A stretch of 64,000 nt of DNA from a virus, in the IMG/VR virus record IMGVR_UViG_3300025141_016306, positions 18,617 to 82,616 of that record. One strand, 5' to 3'. A model generated the notes under the pieces. That model was given only the letters and a program-made list of their open reading frames with translations, did no database searches and was not told the DNA's origin. Both the position numbers and the translations under genes were made by a program. Shown piece by piece: positions 23,501 to 30,888 of this stretch (the stretch's first letter is position 1; every line of letters starts with the position of its first letter).

Positions 23501-24245
23501 AATTAACCGAATAGTAGTCATAGACCTCTTTGCCGACTTTCTTAGATATTTTTCTTGAACTTTCCTTTTTCATTGTTACGGTTTGGGGGGGCGCTGTGCT
23601 TTGTATCGTCTTTTTCTGTTTTACCGTATTTGTCCGCGGATCGTCCTTCGCGGCTTTCTGAATCTTTTCTTGTTTTTTCTGGTTGGTGGCAGCCTCTGCA
23701 TATTGACCAGCGTCGGAAGGGTTGTTCTCAAGCAGCGCTTTCTTATTCCAATATCTCATGAAAACGGCTGGTAAAATAGACACTTCGTACATGATATCAG
23801 AAGGCGTGATGCCGGGGTGAACCGGCGCAATCTTTTGAAGATTTAGTATGCTGGAGGCCGCTTTAAGGTCGTTGAATGCGGCGGTTGTGAGTTTCTTTTT
23901 AGATTTGGCTTTCAAATAGTTGCCATCGATCAAATCAAGAATGAATTTTTCCAACACCATTTCGATACGGCCATATTCCCCTTCTGTCGGGCTCGTGTCA
24001 ATTTTTGATGCTTTATCATAATCTTTTTGATCAAATTCAAGGACTCCCAACATAATGAAGGGAGTCGGCTTTTTAAGCCCTCCTGACCAGCCTTTGCCCT
24101 CGGTGTATCCTACGTCATACTCGGATCGCCAAAGTTGCTTATAAAAAGGAAAATTGTGGAACCGATTGTTCTGCGCAAACACCGCGAAAGCCTCAAATTT
24201 GGGCTCGCGGCTGGCTGCATACATTTTTATTACAGGAGGTTTCAT
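14547..24245 (-). CDS. Giant hypothetical protein (3232 aa), probably virion-associated
   Basis: Uninterrupted ORF with AAGGA RBS, between the spike and gp25 genes; helical/coiled-coil character, an internal hydrophobic segment and a Pro-rich C-terminus; no recognisable catalytic motif. Confidence 0.6.
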   Translation of the reverse strand: MKPPVIKMYAASREPKFEAFAVFAQNNRFHNFPFYKQLWRSEYDVGYTEGKGWSGGLKKPTPFIMLGVLEFDQKDYDKASKIDTSPTEGEYGRIEMVLEKFILDLIDGNYLKAKSKKKLTTAAFNDLKAASSILNLQKIAPVHPGITPSDIMYEVSILPAVFMRYWNKKALLENNPSDAGQYAEAATNQKKQEKIQKAAKDDPRTNTVKQKKTIQSTAPPQTVTMKKESSRKISKKVGKEVYDYYSVNYSLQGLKAYADLATKVLTDLDNRIRAYGIKLEKPLNLQLQIDRLVALQTDIGTVVRNALPAGASGKPKIPPSTMINFKFDMSFSLTDLKVGSHRHPGAPIAVFEPKDSKKTWEWQRLSAGAWKSEEEFAQSLRQDSLVNHRLFLNPTTNALIVHLKEIFAKYTVTANSPFKKPEDCEKFLRKYIYPMPYFTHSAVTKTIIEEFLIGDVRLLDDDFYKKTRPSKASINEMAKQNARAEVATQYEKIGDVLGDNFMMGKFENIDDIDDLYKSVLNHISIPHLIKMSAQCLMQLLGIDELKRQFCRSAIMKYRSYQDEIVDAVAKQGPQGQAIAAKLSAAMETLDKGLQDGVASAAAWGAKKIGESISVGNQLSTWQKKENLELFLVDLNEQWAAKRAQAARQDKPADDSFVSPNLDNKIARKAKRVQALEARITEQQEREKLLGKNKVPPNERHLLETYQAELSELTGEIDELEEASGAIQKQVDAYEFLINTFIPILATVNPFSEAPPGVALSQTNEVGAIERFLKLGDGGASSHRAITTFGPEVLTKYNDAKKTLGLTGYWTGLKKKERQKHFQNDLRPLCGLILAHIEKIDTGAMATFKKSFEMKGGKQAAEGVLDDLFNDPDDGLLICAAIFAIVPAALYALYYLISNAEEVAKKIGEDAEKVAEAAERRVEMFLQTDFPVLDILEGFKEALYDLAMNLVRDLIVNGIMYIMRSLMSACSDSEKANAPETPLGKIDLSEFMNASARSGSVKNSKGFIEISAATKLTLAEYKKLLADISAAFTINEMVALLRQTGSNRLHYKLLDLLKSLQYLQGTQFYEYYVNENGVYAFVEMLAKDIDPALLIAARNAYDRQRKIILNLCGATNEDIKKLELSKYMTPEELMKAMSDADANRRSLLNQALNNVGDILGGPMTPTQTCSDDDNDESKPSIDPYHESQKFASAQAANAIFGNLENVFEIEISRIKDIYRDLYGFIGEQGGISVVPPYNANRIAGPDSDDDEIEAMRIALLPTAERRNSGIAASRLQSAIISMLNPEDAAAKTAFFTASPDGKRIMFSFDPSALPDGMDIDRRIQFFYANTPFPAIAPLLQTTLTMQVGSYVFQDPQVSQFQYLLDSETGWDDEEAQKWGFAIAASVHQIWYGKNFVLMGIADQDSSCVRRWENAKLIVDASSVPGSPPSDTEKIRKAMHMHLDPKKQVEALNQSTQTYYNVTVDVPLDEYVPTATQISDFQESLPTLQTEYKQKFAACANKLAVNPASKWGSVLYPEDSTAVTGITYEDWPVMLEIYDQVKAWINTGPLDIEYFEGMGSPYSDTLWEAIRRKKIKEERWAKMNAVCLYLHNQSESWLPGAPSKAEVAAEAAAESAAALAEDAVAELDLYFPESNQANLVLSVLGAEGSSVYTYATEKPPVLEHFQSKYVSGSFYAGRRMSDSTNTHSINLEKFVRDNDLYMSALNDMFHDLLTSTSRNGLFLDVRQQQGQPINLNLQIFEKLRLTKAIPQTAAGECFLGFFNHKVLNAQVQNLTDALKCVNPMAVQKNATNLAYIKIALDCVVRSIVVKEVMKSLFIFGFANTEGQYATEMAKSVAGSPLKRQAFFDVYLFEEIERALQRQFKTVAGSGIDDFYTEIMEEFIRDISRIVYMDETMSTRTALDILIHEQVQYVKNMLFKGMPEELDNTPGYFDRRLVQQVAITDPGTKAGTTANETHLKLLDVIEKSDQLKVLQNEQLTSYLNGMGDAWEIDLTVPLEDGHGGAYALHTGTKSPYAEELGSFELEASELLDTVLDEGAFGGLWADIGDAMEAVADSTSKDLTEEGGVGLSAWHHEETMLFFDLIDETAGQTKTSNQFTFQRRHHEPMRNFSANPPTAIKTNDLEKALGGVNSGFVTEKLVELNYRQNFFTKLTEKQRNLLRNEFAMWESAAVSNQALPRKQVANFLNETKLILLFPQIRPLLHKDYTLIETNGSIESDRHYYTPLGSAWNYAQGGLAGGRWENAFEPLREHSLFWKVFRYNFDPDFTDDDKVALMKQYPEMEWAMTGKIYINDFETMVSQFLYPWRAGKGVDAAGVAHAPDLFRTHSTAWKFRDAYANGFTLSDIGSLLPRKQDIVGAVGMGTNILDPSFAAANANSETQALYTLLFQQYGDEALHSAQTDKDRSWWKYLSDEEKNKIESIPGLEHHTRVNFFTWFLSQPVNDILEIKFTTRVAQYVSEIDRPDIRDNFDASALGADLAGAVDEKSSAELAMFLLREKTGKVDLIDSRTTIDGGKPHRYVTFPVYTVQTQIAPDFQSNWFDFAYKIYKKNTQSAQETYKHPTWNDFFSEAKMKSIGIEKTDYEDFKNIYDTYSAANYKENPRGDVSFEWPWLFGVEWKWHDQRKDNDATGVHMDILNSVTRRGPYGYSDVIRKLDWPRGRQITRWAEKTKWREVAYSKTSGWGPAKSSSTADFHLAPSHDAGGHYDGGYRGYHRFTQWWWRHWLHIVDEGKLNNLCFFNDDVIRASANGAATGYDGSKSAKKEAIFKNMKTAYLAALGKTLYGKESFDFLKPHAVQIISYLQTLNINGLNGWIDEQLAMIEHVGAHGVSAAKIAPWYPGDGEGNEPGQTGYNGYDFTIHQHVYAKVVQDFLYQLSLNEFGEELMKVALPDFADPKANWGSADLCAKIRPGAQWETWKDLDDEEVTSLTAYNELQYIKKSDWSTTGTGGNAWDANVGGGADLLTWKSNTLAEFFGFQNAEGTLLDVLGNTRVYPYEYNAPAFDQIADIKDVLFDKNEIKKDIYTLTAKFADKKVGPEEFMGKMIEGAPCEKREFFTKLLQSFFVKEQSTILTLMFRILLEKYYPAVEYNFDGTTAAATETLLSAVAVATGDYQRTPAAGDGSPAFNIDLGAIGLGILKSFLGAMANTVDPFWKTPWIWKGGPGPFTPIGVAAKLLNGYNPNFSSAQDMRVEPPSCDHLVAGEAKQIKYGPLLLPPSTETPPEPPNETPPPTAEET

Positions 24246-24261
24246 TTTTTATTCCTTCGAA

Positions 24262-25776
24262 TTAATTGGTTCTATTCTTCTCGCTAAGAATGCTGTAGGC
24301 TCCGATCTTCTCTAGTGCGTTGAAATCATTATTAATTCTATTAAAAGTTTGGCTTATTGCGCCTTGCATTTGCTGTAGACCCTCTAGAAGAACTTTGGCG
24401 CCGCCCATCATCCCGCCTTGAGACGGTAGGTTTTGACCGCCCAAGACGGCCGTTGGGTTGCCAGTGCCCATCGTGCCGAGCAAAATTGTAAAAGGATCAT
24501 AATGGCGGTGCATGGCCATTTGCCCATTAAACACTCCTTGCGCAGTAATATGCTGATATACCACAGACGAGAGATTGTCGACGACCTTGGAGAGGGATTT
24601 TAAATATTGCAGCAAATTATAGCCCTTTACGAGCGGCTGCAAGTCTCTGTCGTTATTGCCGGCGATTAAATCGATGCCGTAGTGCGCAGCAATATCACCT
24701 CCTCTAGAATTTGTAGAGTTTGTTCCGGTGATCAAGCGGATACCGGATTCGCGAGACATCAAAACAACGTCATCGGCTTTGATAGCTGCTAAAGATTGGG
24801 GTCGGCGTTTGCCGGCAACCTTTTTATAAGTGCCACCGGTAACGCCGAGCAGTGTTTTTGAATCTGACTTCTGAGATAGATAAACGTATGCAGCATCTTC
24901 TTTCAAGTTGTTAGGGGTCCGTAAAACAATATCATCTCCGGCTGGTTCGCCGGCTTCTTCGGTTCCGGCATCCGTGCTTTTGCCGGCATAGAGATAACAT
25001 GAACCGCAACTGGTGTGACCTTTAAAGCGATATATTTCGTCGCGACTTACTTGTAGGCCGGCGTTTGCCTCTCCGGATACCAATTTGTCTCCAGGGTAGA
25101 GCATGGGCACAGGAACTTTTTCGATTAAGCGGTCCCCGTTGATTCCGTCGAATTTGGAAGAAACATCGGATGGGAGACCCCCAATTTGGGCTTTTTGACG
25201 CTCCGTTAGATTTTTTTCTTGTACCGCGCGGTTTTTCTTATCACTAGGCTTTGTCGAGGAACGGGCCTGCGCGGCGGGGTTGAAACTGCTCGCTCCGGGA
25301 TCGCTGACGGCGGTGCTTATATCCTCGTCCGCCGCGTCGGCGGGCAATTTTACGAAGCGCTCATTGTATTCTTCCAGCCGTTGTTGGGCCGCGGCCCTTC
25401 TTTGGGCCGCAAAAGCCTTAAAATCTTCTTCCTGTTGTTGGATTATGTCGGCGATGGCCGCGGTGTCATATTTAAATATAGAATCATATTGTGTGTTGAT
25501 TTCCTCAACGTTCGCCAAGCGATAATTCAGACTCAGCGTATAATCCAGGAACTCTTTTTTGAATTCTTTCTTGCCGGCGGCACCGCTAAATCTTGAAGGT
25601 ATGATATCTTCTTCGCGGTTGTAGATCTCGTCGAGCAAGTTAACAAAAGCTGCGCGGTCGTTGGGAAGAAGGAAGTACTTCTTCTCCTGCGATGCAAGGT
25701 CATGATTAATATTAAAAATTATATTTAAATTATTCTGTCCTACTTTTTCTGCTTCGCAGTCTAATATTAAAGTCAT
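24262..25776 (-). CDS. Baseplate central spike-like protein (gp5-C / P2 gpV-like)
   Basis: Beta-repeat-like segment AAYVYLSQKSD...IKADDVVLMSRESGIRLITG, QPLVKG..L, and an HxH motif (MHRH) near the C-terminus as in metal-binding spike apices; next to a gp5-like lysin. Confidence 0.6.
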   Translation of the reverse strand: MTLILDCEAEKVGQNNLNIIFNINHDLASQEKKYFLLPNDRAAFVNLLDEIYNREEDIIPSRFSGAAGKKEFKKEFLDYTLSLNYRLANVEEINTQYDSIFKYDTAAIADIIQQQEEDFKAFAAQRRAAAQQRLEEYNERFVKLPADAADEDISTAVSDPGASSFNPAAQARSSTKPSDKKNRAVQEKNLTERQKAQIGGLPSDVSSKFDGINGDRLIEKVPVPMLYPGDKLVSGEANAGLQVSRDEIYRFKGHTSCGSCYLYAGKSTDAGTEEAGEPAGDDIVLRTPNNLKEDAAYVYLSQKSDSKTLLGVTGGTYKKVAGKRRPQSLAAIKADDVVLMSRESGIRLITGTNSTNSRGGDIAAHYGIDLIAGNNDRDLQPLVKGYNLLQYLKSLSKVVDNLSSVVYQHITAQGVFNGQMAMHRHYDPFTILLGTMGTGNPTAVLGGQNLPSQGGMMGGAKVLLEGLQQMQGAISQTFNRINNDFNALEKIGAYSILSEKNRTN

Positions 25777-25788
25777 AATGGATTAATC

Positions 25789-27282
25789 CTACAGAAATAC
25801 GCCGTGGCCCGGCTTTGGACCCGTCGATGCAAGACCCAAGAGGATTGGACCACTCGGTATCGTGCGGCTCGGGTATTTACCGGTAGAAACCCATTTGGCG
25901 GCTAATTGATTCATATTGTCCAGCACGCGATTATAGGCTGCGGCGTGGGACAACCCTTTCACCATGCGCAGCCACAGATAATATACCGTTACGCGGCCAT
26001 CAGATTTAGCGGCAAGTTGGCCGTGAGCCACAATGCCGGTAGAATTCGCGGGCGCTTTGCCAAAATACATCCCTCCACTTCTGACACCTGGAAACTTTAG
26101 GGGAATATTTGGCTTGGCTTTTCGGATGGCCTTGACGGTGTTGTATGCAGCTTTCATGGCTATGGCGTTGGGGATAACCAGTTGTTTGCCCCAGCCAAAG
26201 GGAAAAAACGCAACGCGCTGGTTTTTGGGGTCCCTCAATCCGTCGCTCTTTTTTGGCATTGAGGGTGCCTTTTTCATTCCTGGTTTATAGGAGGTCTTCG
26301 TCCATTGGCACCGTACGGCCATATCTATGCCGATTGAGCGCGGATTCCAGTTCCCAGCATGCCAGGTTTGACGATCTATAGAAACATATTGTTTCACATT
26401 CCCATTGGCGCTTATGCTGAGATGCGTTCCTAATCCTCTGTTGTTCAACACCCTCACCATTCCCTCTGCTGTGGACGTGCAAGAATCATGAATAATGATA
26501 AGATCAATGTTCCTTCGTCTTTTAGAACTTCCGAACCTCTTCTCTTTCGTTATCCACGAAGCTAAAACTTCCGGGATTTCGTGCGTTGTTATCTCCGCAA
26601 CTGTTGGGTGGGGCTTTTCTTTGGGGGTTGATGCTGCCTCTCTCTTTGCTTTGGCGGCCGCTTTGGCTTTCTCTTCCGCTGACGGCGCAGGATCTAACTC
26701 TGGGGCGCCCCAGCCGGCTGAAGTAGGAGCGCGGGGACCCTCCCCGTCATTAGCCGCTTTGCTAACATCCGGATCGTCATGAGGATTATCCGGGTTGTCG
26801 GTGCCCGCGGGACTGGGAGTAAGAAGACTTATTATACGTATTAATTTGGGCGCTGAAAAATTGGCACTATCGCCGAAGGACACCTCCACCTCGGAACCGG
26901 CCGGGATAGAATCTAGCGCCGTGTGGGTAAGAGGGTCTTTAAGCACGTCGTCCTCAGACGTAAATGCAGGGTACGACATCATACGTGCAAAGTCGCGCGG
27001 CGATTCTGGTAGCGGCAGAAGGGCATGCAACTCAGGTATTCGGGCTAATACTCGCACCGACGTTTTATCCTCAACCTTGATTGAGGGAAGCTGTGCCAAT
27101 ACGATGGCCGTGTACTTAGTCTGTGACTTTAATTTGTTGGGTTCAAAAGTGTCAATCATCGCCTTGCGAAGTTGATTTATCGAACCCTCCAGTTTGGGAT
27201 CAAAAAGAATGCGCTCCGACTGGAATTTCGCTATATTGTTGTTCACCGTCTGATTATATATGCTTTCTAATTCCTTGGCCAT
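25789..27282 (-). CDS. Tail-associated N-acetylmuramoyl-L-alanine amidase (Amidase_2) with a gp5-like N-terminal domain
   Basis: IIIHDS...THLSI...GNVKQYV...TWHAG.WN.RSIGIDM...IVAH...KSD amidase pattern; N-terminal VRVLARIPELH...P.GSEVEVSF resembles a gp5 OB-fold; Pro/Ala-rich linker. Confidence 0.78.
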   Translation of the reverse strand: MAKELESIYNQTVNNNIAKFQSERILFDPKLEGSINQLRKAMIDTFEPNKLKSQTKYTAIVLAQLPSIKVEDKTSVRVLARIPELHALLPLPESPRDFARMMSYPAFTSEDDVLKDPLTHTALDSIPAGSEVEVSFGDSANFSAPKLIRIISLLTPSPAGTDNPDNPHDDPDVSKAANDGEGPRAPTSAGWGAPELDPAPSAEEKAKAAAKAKREAASTPKEKPHPTVAEITTHEIPEVLASWITKEKRFGSSKRRRNIDLIIIHDSCTSTAEGMVRVLNNRGLGTHLSISANGNVKQYVSIDRQTWHAGNWNPRSIGIDMAVRCQWTKTSYKPGMKKAPSMPKKSDGLRDPKNQRVAFFPFGWGKQLVIPNAIAMKAAYNTVKAIRKAKPNIPLKFPGVRSGGMYFGKAPANSTGIVAHGQLAAKSDGRVTVYYLWLRMVKGLSHAAAYNRVLDNMNQLAAKWVSTGKYPSRTIPSGPILLGLASTGPKPGHGVFL

Positions 27283-27587
27283 TACTTCTTATCTCCCTGA
27301 ATCATATCGAGAAGTTTTTCTTTATCGGTCTCGCCTAATGAAGCTGGTTCTGATCGATTTTTATTAATTATAGAGGTGAGCTTGACAAGCTGCTCGTTCG
27401 AGCGCTGAAGGGTCTCCACATATTTCGAGGCAATAAGCCCCAAGTTTTTGTGGGTTTCAATATCGTTATTTTTCTTTAGCTCTTGGAATAAATCCGTCAA
27501 GAGCGCGGAAGTAATTGCGCGGTCGTTGCGAATATTGGAAATCGCTTCACCCACATATTCTTCTAGATCTTTTATATCTCGTCCCAT
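27282..27587 (-). CDS. Hypothetical protein (helical)
   Basis: 101-aa ORF overlapping both neighbours. Confidence 0.6.
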   Translation of the reverse strand: MGRDIKDLEEYVGEAISNIRNDRAITSALLTDLFQELKKNNDIETHKNLGLIASKYVETLQRSNEQLVKLTSIINKNRSEPASLGETDKEKLLDMIQGDKK

Positions 27588-28264
27588 CCCTTTTTAAACT
27601 CTCTATACCTTTTTCTTATACGATTCAAAGAACTTACAACTTGTTTGGTATTCAAGCCGGTGATCTCGCGTATGTATAGATAAATAGCCTTTTTATTGAA
27701 AATTTCTATTTTTTCAGCGTCATCAAAAAGCACTTGAATTGCCTGTACTGTTTTCTTTTCATTGGGCTTTAGGGGAAGCGTGTGCCATGAGTCGATTTCC
27801 TTCTTTAGATTCAAAAAAAATTCTAATTTAATGCTGTCTTCAATGATTGTATTTTGTTCGACCAAGGACGGATCTGTTTTTTCGTCTCCTGATCTTTTAT
27901 CGATATAGAAGTCTTCCAGCAAAATCTCTTTGCGTGCCTTTTTACTCGTTTTTTTAACCTGGGCGATAAACCAGTTTTTCGTAACCACGCTAAAATATGT
28001 AAAAGCTTTGGAACCCTTGTTGGGGTCATATTTATTTAAAATTGTAATGAGCCAGTTTTTACAGTCATCTCGCAGGGCGTCACAATTGGGTAAAGTGTTG
28101 AACTTATAAGTGAAAACAATTTTATCTACCATCTCGTCAAAGACGGGGCCTATAAACTCTTTATATAGGTCATTTCTAATTTTCGAATCTTCAGTGTTAC
28201 AGTATCCCACAATCGCGTCTTCATGATCTTGTGTGAAATAATAATTTTTGCGGTTACTCGCCAT
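27572..28264 (-). CDS. Phage RNA polymerase sigma factor-like protein
   Basis: KYDPNKGSKAFTYFS matches sigma region 2 (FDP.KG..FSTY); C-terminal HTH-like IREITGLNTKQVVSSLNRIR; start reassigned to ATG 28264 behind GAGG. Confidence 0.68.
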   Translation of the reverse strand: MASNRKNYYFTQDHEDAIVGYCNTEDSKIRNDLYKEFIGPVFDEMVDKIVFTYKFNTLPNCDALRDDCKNWLITILNKYDPNKGSKAFTYFSVVTKNWFIAQVKKTSKKARKEILLEDFYIDKRSGDEKTDPSLVEQNTIIEDSIKLEFFLNLKKEIDSWHTLPLKPNEKKTVQAIQVLFDDAEKIEIFNKKAIYLYIREITGLNTKQVVSSLNRIRKRYREFKKGWDEI

Positions 28265-28580
28265 AATTTGTTTCTTCCTCTGGTTCTTCTTCTTGAATCT
28301 CATCGGTTTCAGTCAAATAAAACTCCTTGAAGCTGTCGCATTCGGCGGCGATACCCTTAGAATGCTCTAAAAGATTTCCGAGTGTGGGATCTCCCAAAAA
28401 GTTCTCCATATTATATACGATATCAACATGCTCAGCGTATTCTTGGATTTTATCCATAAAGCCATCTAGCTGGTCTTGGAAATGAAGGAAGCGCTTGAGA
28501 AGTTGTATAATGTACCACATAAGTACAAAATTCAACAGTCCCGACACGACAAGCAATATTGCAGTAACATCTATAATCAT
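28254..28580 (-). CDS. Hypothetical membrane-anchored protein
   Basis: N-terminal hydrophobic helix, acidic tail, overlapping neighbours. Confidence 0.6.
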   Translation of the reverse strand: MIIDVTAILLVVSGLLNFVLMWYIIQLLKRFLHFQDQLDGFMDKIQEYAEHVDIVYNMENFLGDPTLGNLLEHSKGIAAECDSFKEFYLTETDEIQEEEPEEETNYGE

Positions 28581-28825
28581 CTTTTTTCCTTAAGCTCCTC
28601 GATTTGAGTCTTCAAATCATCTTTGGAGTTCTCAATGAACTCTTTGGTTACGTCCCCTACCTTTGCTGCGGCATGCTTTTGTTTTGAAAGATTGGTGAAG
28701 GTGGAGACCTTTCTCTCTATGGTATTCGAACCGCATAAAGTGCAACATTCACAGGTTTCGGACATACCATGTCGCACTTTGAAGACTTCTTCACAAGTAG
28801 CGCACTCATAGAGATAAATAGGCAT
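28577..28825 (-). CDS. FmdB-family zinc-ribbon protein
   Basis: MPIYLYECATC...CTLCGS. Confidence 0.85.
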   Translation of the reverse strand: MPIYLYECATCEEVFKVRHGMSETCECCTLCGSNTIERKVSTFTNLSKQKHAAAKVGDVTKEFIENSKDDLKTQIEELKEKR

Positions 28826-29068
28826 TTAAGCGCTCTCAGATGTTGCATTCTGTTGTGTCGATTCCCCTTCTTCCGTCTCATCCTCAAAATCCACTACTTC
28901 CTCATTATATTTAACCAAAGGTGGGTTTAGAACCACCAAACCTTCGTCCGAAAGTTTAACTCTAAAGCCCTCAAAAACTGGTACAATGTCTGTTTGTTCC
29001 ATTAGGCTCTTTTGTAGTGCCATCATGATGGCCCCAATCGCTTGTTTTGATAAATTCATTTCACTCAT
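28826..29068 (-). CDS. Hypothetical protein
   Basis: 80-aa ORF with AGGAG RBS, abutting neighbours. Confidence 0.65.
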   Translation of the reverse strand: MSEMNLSKQAIGAIMMALQKSLMEQTDIVPVFEGFRVKLSDEGLVVLNPPLVKYNEEVVDFEDETEEGESTQQNATSESA

Positions 29069-29069
29069 T

Positions 29070-29429
29070 TTAATCTCCTTTTATAATTCTATAGCTATCC
29101 GAATCAAAATGTTGAGTAGAAAATTCGAATAACTCAGTGTCTTCTAGTGCGACCATTTGGTGGCGTAAACCGCGGTAAACATGGAAACTGTCGCCTTTTT
29201 CCAATATAAGCTCATTAGCTTCTGCAAGGTCATCATCGTCGGAATATTTAACTACAAGCTTTCCAGACTGAATGTAAAATACCTCGTCTTTGAGCTTGTG
29301 GTGATGCCACGAGCATCGTCGACCCTTCACAAAATATAGCAGCTTTCCGCAATATTCTTCACAGTTGACGATCCACTTTTCAAAGCCCCAGCCCTTGGGA
29401 ACTAACTTAGTTTCTAAAGAAGTCTTCAT
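29070..29429 (-). CDS. Cupin-domain protein (sugar isomerase-like)
   Basis: KGWGFE...SWHHHKLKDEVF...G.RH cupin metal-binding motifs. Confidence 0.8.
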   Translation of the reverse strand: MKTSLETKLVPKGWGFEKWIVNCEEYCGKLLYFVKGRRCSWHHHKLKDEVFYIQSGKLVVKYSDDDDLAEANELILEKGDSFHVYRGLRHQMVALEDTELFEFSTQHFDSDSYRIIKGD

Positions 29430-30138
29430 GGTTTATTCCCTTGTCGTCGATGTAATGATCTCCGGCTGGTTTGCCTAGGATCAATCGGTGGTGTTTGATG
29501 CCCCATGAGTCGACCTGTTGCAAGGTCATATCAAAAAACATGCGAATGGCTTCTTTGGATTGATTGGCTGTGCGCCCCATTCCGCGAGCAGTAAATAGTA
29601 TTATTGTATGACCTTCATCATATAAGCGATTAACTTTTTTTATGCGCGCTTTATGTGGCGACGCGTTTTCATAATTTCCGTCTGTTAAAGAGCACAAAGT
29701 TCCATCAATATCAAAAACATAGGTTTCACCGGTGCCTTCGAACTTTGAGGGGCTTCTTTTTTGATTTTCTAAAATAGAGGTGGTGGAAAACCCCGTGATA
29801 TAGTTGAAGATTTGCACATCCGCGATGTCATTTCCAACCACTTCGTGGGGCTTATAATCGCCGCCTTTGACAATTAAGTCGGGCTGCAGTTCTTTAATCA
29901 AGGCGTATGGTGTATCTTCGGAAAACACAATCACGTCATCAACGTATTTGCAAGATCGAAGCATGTATTCTCTATCCTCTTGAGGGAAGAAGGGGCGGTT
30001 TTTTCCTTTTAGCTTGCGCACGCTGCTGTCACTATTAAGCCCTACGACGACTCGGCCGAGTGACTTGCAATGTCTTAAAAGTTCAACATGGCCTCGATGA
30101 AGAATGTCAAAGCACCCATTAGTAAAAATTGTTTTCAT
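29407..30138 (-). CDS. Fusion: RfaE/HldE domain II-like (heptose-1-phosphate) nucleotidyltransferase plus HAD phosphatase
   Basis: TNGCFDILHRGH, VGLNSD.SV..LKG..RP, VKGGDY, GFSTT; then VFDIDGT...LFTAR...GKP..D.YIDDK (HAD motifs I-IV); start set at ATG 30138 (ATGA overlap). Confidence 0.85.
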   Translation of the reverse strand: MKTIFTNGCFDILHRGHVELLRHCKSLGRVVVGLNSDSSVRKLKGKNRPFFPQEDREYMLRSCKYVDDVIVFSEDTPYALIKELQPDLIVKGGDYKPHEVVGNDIADVQIFNYITGFSTTSILENQKRSPSKFEGTGETYVFDIDGTLCSLTDGNYENASPHKARIKKVNRLYDEGHTIILFTARGMGRTANQSKEAIRMFFDMTLQQVDSWGIKHHRLILGKPAGDHYIDDKGINHEDFFRN

Positions 30139-30866
30139 AGAGTGTTGACGCCTCTTCGCTGAACCACATTTGTGGCACAACTATTTGCAAAGGTGATTGC
30201 TTTCTCTATATCTGTGGTCTGAAGGTATTCTACTGCTAGGCCAGCGATGAAGGTGTCGCCCGCCCCTGAGACATCCTTAATTTCTACTGAATTAACGGGA
30301 TAAACTTTTCCCAAGTGTCTGCAACCTTTTTCTCCCAGTGTAACGATTAATTTCGAGCGGATGGTATCTGTTAAATAATCTTCGGATCTTTGGTATTCTC
30401 CATTGTTTATTTTAATATAGGTAACGGTATCGCACCAGGGCCCCAACTGTTTTTTAGTGTCCAAGAATACACACTCGTGATTCTCTCCGATCCAACGAAT
30501 ATCTTCTTGTGCTAAAAATCCTTTACAGTAATCAGAAACAATCACCATATCGTAATCTTTTAAGGGCAAATCCTTTACATCACATCTTTCTATACTATCA
30601 TCATTTTCGTCAATTCTTAAGAACATTTGATTAGTGATTTTATGAATATAGCGTGTTTTAATAATTTTTTCCCAGTTCTTATTGGTAACGATATCGCAGT
30701 CGCATCCGAGCGAAAGTATATTTTGCTGAACGTTCATGGCCATGCCCGGGTTGGTGACAGTATTAAAAGGTACAAAAACTGGTGCGGGAGCTTCGGGAGC
30801 AAGGCGTTCGCTCTTCCCGTAACAAAAGACATCTTTGCATGTTTCACCGATTACTAAAATTTTCAT
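30135..30866 (-). CDS. PfkB-family kinase, RfaE/HldE domain I-like (heptose-7-phosphate kinase)
   Basis: RLAPEAPAPV, VSDYCKG, VTLGEKG, DVSGAGDTF. Confidence 0.85.
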   Translation of the reverse strand: MKILVIGETCKDVFCYGKSERLAPEAPAPVFVPFNTVTNPGMAMNVQQNILSLGCDCDIVTNKNWEKIIKTRYIHKITNQMFLRIDENDDSIERCDVKDLPLKDYDMVIVSDYCKGFLAQEDIRWIGENHECVFLDTKKQLGPWCDTVTYIKINNGEYQRSEDYLTDTIRSKLIVTLGEKGCRHLGKVYPVNSVEIKDVSGAGDTFIAGLAVEYLQTTDIEKAITFANSCATNVVQRRGVNTL

Positions 30867-30888
30867 ATATTACTCAATTTGACACAAG

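Noticed and set aside
10773-27282. Extracellular contractile injection system or type VI secretion locus
   Set aside because: Surrounding PhoH, phage sigma, Cas4-like nuclease and tmRNA, plus T4-like gp6/gp25, fit a large myophage; no Tss membrane complex or AAA ATPase seen
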